Assembly (NCBI GenBank): GCA_964016885.1
Contig: OZ024742.1
Coordinates: forward strand, 312,046,001 to 312,110,000
Source: Eledone cirrhosa
Taxonomy: Eukaryota
Length of the DNA: 64,000 bases
Reading direction: 5' to 3'
Part shown: positions 1 through 9,639 of the stretch, piece after piece
Layout: each line of letters begins with the position of its first letter
Numbering within the stretch: position 1 is the first letter of the stretch
The notes under the pieces: generated by a model
Seen by the model: only the letters and a program-made list of their open reading frames with translations
The model's database searches: none
What the model was told of the DNA's origin: nothing
Program-made: the position numbers and the translations under genes

Positions 1-2594
1 ACACATTGATCTATCTCCGAGTGACTCATTGATCTATCTCTGAGTGACTCATTGATCTATCTCCGAGTGACACGTTGATCTATCTCTGAGTGACACATTG
101 ATCTATCTCCGAGTGACACGTTGATCTATCTCTGAGTGACACATTGATCTATCTCTGAGTGACTCATTGATCTATCTCCGAGTGACTCATTGATCTATCT
201 CCGAGTGACTCATTGATCTATCTCTGAGTGACACATTGATCTATCTCTGAGTGACTCATTGATCTATCTCTGAGTGACTCATTGATCTGTCTCTGAGTGA
301 CACATTGATCTATCTCCGCGTGACACATTGATCTGTCTCTGAGTGACACATTGATCTATCTCCGAGTAACTCATTGATCTATCTCCGAGTGACTCATTGA
401 TCTATCTCCGAGTGACACATTGATCTATCTCTGAGTGACTCATTGATCTATCTCCGAGTGACTCATTGATCTATCTCCGAGTGACACATTGATCTATCTC
501 CGAGTGACACATTGATCTATCTCTGAGTGACACATTGATCTATCTCTGAGTGACTCATTGATCTATCTCCGAGTGACACATTGATCTATCTCCACGTGAC
601 AAATTGATCTATCTCTGAGTGACACATTGATCTATCTCTGAGTGACACATTGATCTATCTCTGAGTGACTCATTGATCTATCTCCGAGTGACTCATTGAT
701 CTATCTCTGAGTGACTCATTGATCTATCTCTGAGTGACTCATTGATCTATCTCTGAGTGACACATTGATCTATCTCCGAGTGACACATTGATCTATCTCT
801 GAGTGACACATTGATCTATCTCTGAGTGACTCATTGATCTATCTCTGAGTGACACATTGATCTATCTCTGAGTGACACATTGATCTATCTCCGAGTGACA
901 CATTGATCTATCTCCGAGTGACACATTGATCTATCTCCGACTGACACGTTGATCTATCTCTGAGTGACTCATTGATCTATCTCTGAGTGACTCATTGATC
1001 TATCTCTGAGTGACTCATTGATCTATCTCTGAGTGACACATTGATCTATCTCTGAGTGACACATTGATCTATCTCTGAGTGACTCATTGATCTATCTCTG
1101 AGTGACACATTGATCTATCTCTGAGTGACACATTGATCTATCTCCGAGTGACACATTGATCTATCTCTGAGTGACACATTGATCTATCTCTGAGTGACTC
1201 ATTGATCTATCTCTGAGTGACTCATTGATCTATCTCTGAGTGACACATTGATCTATCTCTGAGTGACTCATTGATCTATCTCTGAGTGACTCATTGATCT
1301 ATCTCCGAGTGACACATTGATCTATCTCTGAGTGACTCATTGATCTATCTCTGAGTGACTCATTGATCTATCTCCGAGTGACTCATTGATCTATCTCTGA
1401 GTGACACATTGATCTATCTCCGAGTGACTCATTGATCTATCTCCGAGTGACTCATTGATCTATCTCTGAGTGACTCATTGATCTATCTCCGAGTGACATA
1501 TTGATCTATCTCTGAGTGACTCATTGATCTATCTCCGAGTGACTCATTGATCTATCTCTGAGTGACTCATTGATCTATCTCTGAGTGACTCATTGATCTA
1601 TCTCTGAGTGACTCATTGATCTATCTCTGAGTGACACATTGATCTATCTCTGAGTGACACATTGATCTATCTCTGAGTGACTCATTGATCTATCTCTGAG
1701 TGACACATTGATCTATCTCCGAGTGACACATTGATCTATCTCCGAGTGACACATTGATCTATCTCTGAGTGACACATTGATCTATCTCTGAGTGACTCAT
1801 TGATCTATCTCTGAGTGACTCATTGATCTATCTCCGAGTGACTCATTGATCTATCTCTGAGTGACTCATTGATCTATCTCTGAGTGACACATTGATCTAT
1901 CTCTGAGTGACACATTGATCTATCTCTGAGTGACACATTGATCTATCTCTGAGTGACACATTGATCTATCTCTGAGTGACACATTGATCTATCTATGAGT
2001 GACTCATTGATCTATCTCTGAGTGACACATTGATCTATCTCTGAGTGACTCATTGATCTATCTCTGAGTGACACATTGATCTATCTCCGAGTGACTCATT
2101 GATCTATCTCTGAGTGACACATTGATCTATCTCTGAGTGACACATTGATCTATCTCCGAGTGACACATTGATCTATCTCTGAGTGACTCATTGATCTATC
2201 TCTGAGTGACACATTGATCTATCTCTGAGTGACTCATTGATCTATCTCTGAGTGACACATTGATCTATCTCTGAGTGACTCATTGATCTATCTCTGAGTG
2301 ACACATTGATCTATCTCCGAGTGACTCATTGATCTATCTCCGAGTGACACATTGATCTATCTCTGAGTGACTCATTGATCTATCTCTGAGTGACACATTG
2401 ATCTATCTCTGAGTGACTCATTGATCTATCTCTGAGTGACACATTGATCTATCTCTGAGTGACACATTGATCTATCTCCGAGTGACACATTGATCTATCT
2501 CTGAGTGACTCATTGATCTATCTCTGAGTGACACATTGATCTATCTCTGAGTGACTCATTGATCTATCTCTGAGTGACTCATTGATCTATCTCC
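1..2594. repeat. 23-bp minisatellite array, about 112 units, running off the left edge
   Basis: Unit CATTGATCTATCTC(C/T)GAGTGAC(A/T); period 23 (CATTG at 4, 27, 50...); almost all variation is at two positions. Confidence 0.98.
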
Positions 2595-2619
2595 TTCGGA
2601 GGAATCCCATTTTGCCCGC

Positions 2620-2828
2620 TTGTATTCGCTCCGGACGCAAAATGCCTTGCGATATTTAATTACAATCCTTCATATTGTGAATTCAAATGCCACCGACGTC
2701 AAATTTACCTTTAATCTTTCCGTAACCGATATAATGCCCGTCAAGTTATTGGAGTCGATATAATCGATTGTTCTTCCCCTCCAGTAAAACTTTCTGACTT
2801 TCTACCTGTAAGTTTCGAAAATATTAAC
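2620..2828 (+). mobile_element. Degenerate copy of tRNA-derived SINE family A
   Basis: GAATTCAAATGCCACCGACGTCAAATTTACCTTTAATCTTTCC...GGAGTCGATATAATCG is a decayed match to the copy at 27207-27389. Confidence 0.6.
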
Positions 2829-2944
2829 AAATATCGGTCATGTTTCATTAGATTCAGTTTCGATAAAGAATTCAGCAATTTTACTATTTAATTATTCGGG
2901 TTACCCTAAATTGGTGATTCCCAAAATTAGGGCAACAACCCTCT

Positions 2945-3282
2945 TGAGGGCACTAAGAAACTCAAGAGCGACACGAGGAAACTTAAGAGCGACACTGGGG
3001 AACTTAAGAGAGGCACTGGGTAACTTAAGAGCGGCACTGAGTAACTTAAGAGTGGCACTGTGGGACTAAAGAGAGCCACTGGGTAACTTAAGAGTGGTAC
3101 TGGGGAACTTAAGAGATCCACTGGGTTATTTAAGAGCGGCACTGGGTAATTTAAGAGCGGCACTGGGTAATTTAAGAGCGGCACTGGGTAATTTAAGAGC
3201 GACACCGGGTAACTTAAGAGCCGCACTGGGTAACTGAAGAGGGGCACTGGGTAATTTAAGAGCGGTACTGGGTAACTTAAGA
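2945..3282. repeat. 21-bp minisatellite, about 15 units
   Basis: Unit approximately GCGGCACTGGGTAA(C/T)TTAAGA; gives the heptad-repeat ORFs 2927-3247 and 3126-3365. Confidence 0.92.
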
Positions 3283-3860
3283 GGAGTATTAGTAAAGTAC
3301 AGAAGGGATGTGGAAAAGAGCTGGCAGAGGATCGTTGGAAGACGTGTGGTGATGGGGCAAAACATACGAATCTTCAGTTGCTCGAAAAACTGTCATCTTT
3401 AGTTATTCAATAAATGCTTAAATAGAGTCAAAAATCAAAATGTACTGTTTAATGTATATATATATTCTGATCAACTTTACAGTTTGATGAAATATATCAA
3501 CTAAAATCGATTGGTAATCAAAAAATGTTTCGGAAACTTTGCCCTACACAATTTTATCAACGAGTTGGGAACAGCTTTGATAGTTATTCCATACTTTTTT
3601 TTTCACTATATTTCGTCATATTATAGAACATAGTTCCATTTATATAAGACATACGACTATTTGTTGTTTGTTTCTTATAACTGTGATTCACGGTTTGTAC
3701 ATTCTGAAATAGTTTTACACTTACTCACCGTTTGCATCGTTTACATACCATTTTAGCTGTAGGTTACTCACTCCCCCTTTCTCTCTCTCTCTCTCTCTCT
3801 CGAAATATATATACATTTATATACATACATACACACACAAACATATATATATATATATAT

Positions 3861-3940
<80 letters not shown>

Positions 3941-4126
3941 GTGTGTGTGTGTGTTTGTGCATATAAAAAAACAGAGGTCAGGTGTAGGTAGATAGTTAGT
4001 TCATTGCTTTACGATCGTTTCAGAGGGTCGATTGATCAGTGGGGATCGATGTACCGACTATCATGGTGGTGGTTAAGTTACTATCTATTTCTAGTCTCGA
4101 AATCCCGGTTCAATCTGCTGTATAAT

Positions 4127-4250
<124 letters not shown>

Positions 4251-4298
4251 GTAATAATAAATGTGAAGACTAAAATCCGAAGAGGGCTCGATAAGGAT

Positions 4299-4337
<39 letters not shown>

Positions 4338-4432
4338 TTTTTAGTATATGTTGGTTATATACCAACACCTAAGTATGCAGATTGGAGCACTCGACGGAGT
4401 GCGCAGGTTGGTTTGGTTACTCCGAATTAATG

Positions 4433-4860
4433 TAAAATAAACTAAAATAAATAAGTCAAATATTTAAAATTTGACTTCGTTTATTACTGCTATATATATT
4501 TCGGTGACAGCCATCTTTGGCTGTGACCTCTTCGGGCAGTCCGAATTAGTGTGGTATAGACGAGTACACATGTTGTTGAGGTGTTTAACTTTGTCAATAC
4601 TCTGATATGCCCAGTTCCTGGTTGGGTTGTTATTTCACAGAGGAACTGGAATCATATGAAATAACAACCCAACCAGGAACTGGGCATATCAGAGTATTGA
4701 CAAAGTTAAACACCTCAACAACATGTGTACTCGTCTCTACCACACTAATTCGGACTGCCTGAAGAGGTCACAGCCAAAGATGGCTGTCACCGAAATATAT
4801 ATAGCAGTAATAAACGAAGCCAAATTTTAAATATTTGACTTATTTATTTTAGTTTATTTT

Positions 4861-4861
<1 letters not shown>
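4433..4861. mobile_element. Fold-back element, about 205-bp near-perfect arms, probably Penelope-like-element (PLE) derived
   Basis: Arms 4433-4637 and 4657-4861 are reverse complements with a few mismatches; 19-bp spacer; each arm has a hammerhead motif; (TA)n on the right. Confidence 0.85.
4754..4808 (+). ncRNA. Minimal type I hammerhead ribozyme
   Basis: Helix I ACTGC/GCAGT; core CTGAAGA; helix II GGTCACAGCC/GGCTGTCACC (one mismatch); GAAA; helix III T-ATAT-A; predicted cut AUA after 4803. Mirror copy 4486-4540 (minus) has the core change CCGAAGA. Confidence 0.8.
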
Positions 4862-4898
<37 letters not shown>

Positions 4899-4901
<3 letters not shown>

Positions 4902-5095
4902 GGATAAAGTTTAACCCCGACGGCAGAGCTCAAGCCGTTTCGACGGCTATTTCAGGACTCAGAAATAGCCCTCGAACGGCTTGAGCTCTGCCGTCGGGTT
5001 AAACTTTTTCCTATTACCAACTCTACTACCCTAAGTATTGAGTACTCTGTTGCGTTATGGTCCATCTGGTTCCTTACCACACTCCCTTCGTTATA
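4899..5095 (-). mobile_element. PLE-type short element with terminal hairpin and the 3' half of a hammerhead
   Basis: Hairpin 4899-5014; minus strand reads GAAA-CGGC-ttgagctct-GCCG-TC; homologous copy at 46372-46582. Confidence 0.65.
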
Positions 5096-5132
5096 TATAT
5101 GTATAAACCTGTAGAGCTAATAATTATTAAAA

Positions 5133-5202
5133 GTACAGATTAAAGTTTAAGCAAAGAATCGCTGCTTTCACCCTTTTTCGGGATCTTCTGATCCCGTAAA
5201 AC
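5133..5202. mobile_element. Interspersed repeat fragment abutting the broken SRCR exon
   Basis: ACAGATTAAAGTTTAAGCAAAGAATCGCTGCTTTCACCCTT...GGGATCTTCTGA recurs at 12676-12731; the rest of that copy (about 12740-12783) recurs inverted at 4250-4290. Confidence 0.75.
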
Positions 5203-5341
5203 GTGATATCAGTCGTGATAACCCCAAGAACGATGTCTGCAGTGTTTTATATTGCCTTCAACGCCATTACATTGTACTTGGTCCAACCTGATCCTACCAG
5301 TTCCACTCGTGATTTTCTCCTTTCGAAAGACATTTCCTCTC
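5203..5341 (-). pseudogene. Disrupted exon encoding the second half of an SRCR (scavenger receptor cysteine-rich) domain
   Basis: Acceptor TCTTTATTTTTCAG precedes 5341; reads GTGRIRLDQVQCNGVEGNIKHCRHRSWGYHD*YH, matching SRCR G.G.I.LD.V.C.G.E..I..C....WG.H.C.H; the Cys codon is TGA and the final EDxGVxC is missing. Confidence 0.8.
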
Positions 5342-5431
5342 CTGAAAAATAAAGATGAATGAAGACTGTAATGAGAGAGAGGGGGGGGGGGGGGGACAAA
5401 TGGCGGTGAGAAGTGACAGAGCAAATGAAAC

Positions 5432-5505
<74 letters not shown>

Positions 5506-5511
5506 TATAAT

Positions 5512-5826
5512 AAAATGCGAAGTAGTTTCAAATGTTAAAGTTCTTTATTGATAATGCTGTGATACATATTTCAATGACGACTGTGGCCACGTGATTCCGC
5601 GTACCCAGTGCCATGACATCATCAGACAGCTTCTTATATAATAAGGTTACGTTCCCGAGGCAATCCAAATTGAAACGACAAGGGAACGTAACCTTATTAT
5701 ATAAGAAGCAGTCTGATGATATCACGGCACTGGGTACACCGAAGCGTGTGGCCACTGTCATCATTGAAATATGTACCACAGCATTAACATTAGAGGACTT
5801 TAACATCTGAAACTACTTTGCATTTT
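5512..5826. mobile_element. Fold-back element with diverged arms and hammerhead-like cores
   Basis: Arms about 5512-5657 and 5681-5826. Minus strand 5630-5556 reads GCTGT-CTGATGA-...-GAAA-TATGTA-TC-ACAGC: helix I is perfect but the base of helix II does not pair. Confidence 0.75.
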
Positions 5827-5912
5827 CTTATTCTAAATATACTCCGTCACTCCTATGTGGAAAAGTACGTTGAGTGCTTGAATTGAATTGCATGAATGTT
5901 TACCATAAGTAT

Positions 5913-6051
<139 letters not shown>

Positions 6052-6519
6052 GAATATATACAGTGGCGGACTGGCCAGGTTGCCAGGTTGCCAGGTTGCC
6101 CAATGGCAAATGGGCCCCCTGGAGCCCACGGCACATTGAAGGGCCCACTATAGTATTTTAGGGGCCAATGCTCTGCTTTCAAAAAATACCTGAAATCTAA
6201 GAGAAAGAATAAATTTAAAAAAAAACAAAAAAAAAAAAAAAAAAAAACAATTAAGCAAAATATTTGGTTAACCAATTCCCCAGGGAATTAATAGAAACCA
6301 AAATATAGGATAGTGAAAATAGCTGGCATCAGTGGCTGTGCATTCTACTAAATCTAAAGCTTAGTGTATTCATTAATGCATGTAAACATACATATATAGA
6401 CACAAACACACAAGCATATATATATATATATATATATAGTAAGTGGAGGTCCTGGCTTTGGGTTCAGTCCGGGTCGAGAGGTACATGTAACCTTTTTCAG
6501 CTTTTATTTTACAACCAAT

Positions 6520-6630
6520 AAGAAAAAACTGAAAAAGTTTAGCGGGAAGCCTACTCCCGACGAGGATCGAACTTCAGGCCATGATCACCACGGTCTATGA
6601 TTCCTCCAACTAGGCCGCCGAGACAGCTAA
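6520..6630 (-). ncRNA. tRNA-like putative Pol III unit inside the transposon
   Basis: Minus strand: TAGCTGTCTCGGCGGCCTAGTTGG (A-box-like) ... AGTTCGATCC (B box) ... CTTTTTCAGTTTTTT terminator. Confidence 0.5.
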
Positions 6631-7189
6631 AGGAGGATATTGAAAATTGATAATTATAAACCTACTTTCAAAATCAAAGTTAAAAAGATGTGGTGTGGTT
6701 CATGGCTTTCCTAGAGCTATTAGTCATATTTAAGGTCGACTTGTCAAGCTTCTGGCTCTTTGGTGACAACCTCATTATTCCTGTGTGTTTTTAACTGCTG
6801 GATTAATTTAATTTGATTATTTTAACAAGGAAATAATATGTATATATATATAATGCCAATCATTGTAAGCTTGAATCTGACATGCCAAAACATAGATATA
6901 TGAATAAAGTAAGCCCAAATCAAAGTAGATTAAAATATCACAGAGAGAAAGAGAAAGAGGGGGGGGGGGGGTGAGGTGCAACAGAAATGAAACATGGATT
7001 ACAGGTTAAAATGTAATCTAGATAGATGAGAAACAAAACGAGGATGTAGTTTATGGAACACCCAAATGATTTAGAAGTCGACCTTAAGTAGGAGCAATAA
7101 CATTAAGAAAGACATGAACGACACCACAACACTTTGTTTTGAAATTTTTGAAAGTAGGTTTATATGTATGAATTTTCATGAGATTTTTC

Positions 7190-7290
7190 GTAGTTGTCTC
7201 TGTGGCCTAGCGGGAGGTACTAGAGACTGTGAAGAACCTGGCTTTGGGTTCAATCTGTTTAAGAGGTACATGTAACCGTTTTCAGTTTTT
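7190..7290 (+). ncRNA. tRNA-like putative Pol III unit, convergent with a related minus-strand unit at about 7306-7406
   Basis: A box TGGCCTAGCGG, B-box-like GGTTCAATC, then GTTTTCAGTTTTT; upstream motifs shared with the opposite arm. Confidence 0.5.
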
Positions 7291-7736
7291 ATTTTACAAC
7301 CAATAGAAAAAACTGAAAAGGATTACCGGGAACCCTACTCCCGACCAGGATCGAACTTCAGATCAGGATCCCCACCGTCTACGATTCTTCCACCGAGACA
7401 GCTACAAAAGTGTATTGATAATTATAAACCTACTTTCAAAATCAAAGTTAAAAAGATGTGGTGTCGTTCATGGCTTTCCTAGAGCTATTAGTAATATTTA
7501 GGGTCGACTTCTGGTCATTATTGAACGTCTCTGGGTTTCGCAAAATACATAATATTTTTTATTGGAGAAGGTAAGATATGTTTCCGCAAAAATTTGATTG
7601 TACTGTTTTGTTTCTACTTATGTATTTTTCGAAAATGTTATTTATTCATTATAAAAATTAAATGATAGCATTCTATATGTAGGTGGGCCCCCTTCATCAC
7701 CTGGCAACCAATATTTTTAAACCCAGTTCGCCACTG

Positions 7737-7782
<46 letters not shown>

Positions 7783-7795
7783 TAAATATATATAT

Positions 7796-8210
7796 ATGGT
7801 GGGGATCCCAATGTATACAAAATCTTAGACCCCACCCCCACTCGTGACAGAAAGTGGGTAGAGTAGTAAAGTAGAGGTGCGACCGCGAGCTCAGGCTGTT
7901 TCGGCAAGTTACCTCTTTTTGCCTTCATCAGGAAAGCGTCTCTAATTTAAAGGAAATGAGAGGAGGGAAGGGAATTAGAAAGGAAGAAAGGGTAGAAAGA
8001 AAGGAAAATAAACGGAGTGGCGAGAAAGTGGTCAAGAAAGAAGAGAATAAAAAAGAATAAAAAAGGCAAATGGAAAAGTCAAAAGGCAGTGTCGAGTGGT
8101 GTTTAGGATAGGGTCACATTGGCAGGGCTCTGGGTAGCCTGGGTAGAAGGTCAGTCAGTGGCTATAACTTCATAGCAAAGGGTAGGGGAAGAGCAGGGAA
8201 TTTACTTGTA
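7796..8210 (-). mobile_element. PLE-type fragment with degenerate hammerhead
   Basis: Minus strand about 7942-7874: CTGATGA-A-GGCAA...TTGCC-GAAA-CAGC-ctgagctc-GCGG-TC; the GAGCTC loop is shared with the copies at 4899 and 46372. The right boundary is uncertain. Confidence 0.55.
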
Positions 8211-8326
8211 TGTCACATAATCACACGTATCGCCTGCACACACACTCACGCACATACACATACACACGCGTGCATATGAAGAAGAGGAAAAGGAGGATGA
8301 AGAGAAAGATAAACACACACACACAT

Positions 8327-8382
<56 letters not shown>

Positions 8383-8520
8383 GTTTAAATTTGGTGGTTT
8401 ACCACTGGGTAGAATTAGTCATTCTGCAATGTTAATCATGACGTAATATGAGAAAAGTACTCGACGTTATGCAACTCATCCATCTTACTACTATCGTAAT
8501 TTGATATAATATAACATTGA

Positions 8521-9578
8521 CCTCGACGGTGATCAGGTGTGGTCGCCGTTTGCTAGACACGTCTTTCCCCAGCTTGTCTCCTTGACGGAGCTTCAGTCCT
8601 GGGTCAAGCGAAGACCGAGAGGGAGCGCTTGGAGACTGGAATGTCTTCAGGCGCTCACAGCCCTCGACCAATCGGGCAATGTGATCGGTGGAAACTCCAC
8701 CTTGGCGTTCTATAGAGGATTAGTGGAGGGGAAGAGCGACGACGTACTTGGAGAAACTCTAGGCGTCGACGAAAATCAACTAGAAAATCTCTTTGGAAGG
8801 ACTTTCGGGCCGGGGTCTATGGACAACTTCCAGAAATCCCTGGCCTGGCAGTGCTACTGAGGAGCTTTGTCAGTTCGGGATAAACTCTACAGGCATGGAG
8901 GTGCCGTCAGCCGGGCATGTCCGAGATGCGCGCAGGGCGACGAAACCGTCCTGCACGCACTCGTCCAGTGTCCGACCATTGCTGACTTGTGGGTTTATGT
9001 CGAACACCTGCTGTCACGTGTAGGACGGATCCAGCTATCAGCTGAGTCCATCGTGAGAATTGCCCCGCCCTCTTCCTTTAGCCGGGAAGGGCAGGCAGTT
9101 TTTATCTTTCTGGTGGCCATGGCGAAATAGATAGTATGGTGGACACGTTTGAAAGGGCTGAAGACGAGCACTTACCTCTTCGGTGATGCCCTGATTAACT
9201 TTTTCAAATTTCATTTGAAAAGGAAAATCAGGGTAGGGAGGGAAGTGCTCTCTTCCCAGCATTTTGTTGAAAGATGGGTGAGAGAAGCAAGTATGGCCCG
9301 AGTGAATGGGCCTACTCTGAGTATGTGTCTGTAAATTAAAGGTGGAAAACTGGGAGAGGGCACTTGCCCTGGTGGTCAGGGTCACTGTGGTCTTTTAATG
9401 GGCTTTCTCCACAAATGTCCCTCGGAAGTCTCCCTCCTATTGGGGAATCCTTCTTTGTTATTTTATTACATCCTCTGTTTTTTTTTACACGCGGAAATGC
9501 CCCTTTGTACCGTCCTGTATTGTCCTGTACTGTCCTTAATGTCTACTTTATGTAAACCCTTGTGGTTAATAAAGAAAA

Positions 9579-9580
<2 letters not shown>
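8521..9580 (+). mobile_element. 5'-truncated L1/Tx1-clade LINE (ORF2 C-terminus plus 3' UTR), subfamily 2
   Basis: ORFs 8537-9334 are collinear with the end of 18147-20303 (CPRCAQGDETVLHALVQC); two in-frame stops; ends CCCTTGTGGTTAATAAAGAAAAC then (ATT)n. Confidence 0.93.
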
Positions 9581-9630
<50 letters not shown>

Positions 9631-9639
9631 ATTATTATT

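Larger units (their letters stand above)
6061..7736. mobile_element. Non-autonomous cut-and-paste DNA transposon, about 1.7 kb, superfamily uncertain
   Basis: TIRs CAGTGGCGGACTGG / CCAGTTCGCCACTG (13/14); GGTTGCCAGG and GGGCCC motifs near both ends; TA on both flanks; no transposase. Confidence 0.8.

Noticed and set aside
1-2594. CRISPR-like array
   Set aside because: Units are contiguous with no unique spacers, there are no cas genes, and the context is eukaryotic.
3729-3756. 28-nt minus-strand micro-exon (CTACAG|...|GTGAGT) reading KMVCKRCK
   Set aside because: No pyrimidine tract and too short to assign; the resemblance to the SRCR VVCR motif may be chance.
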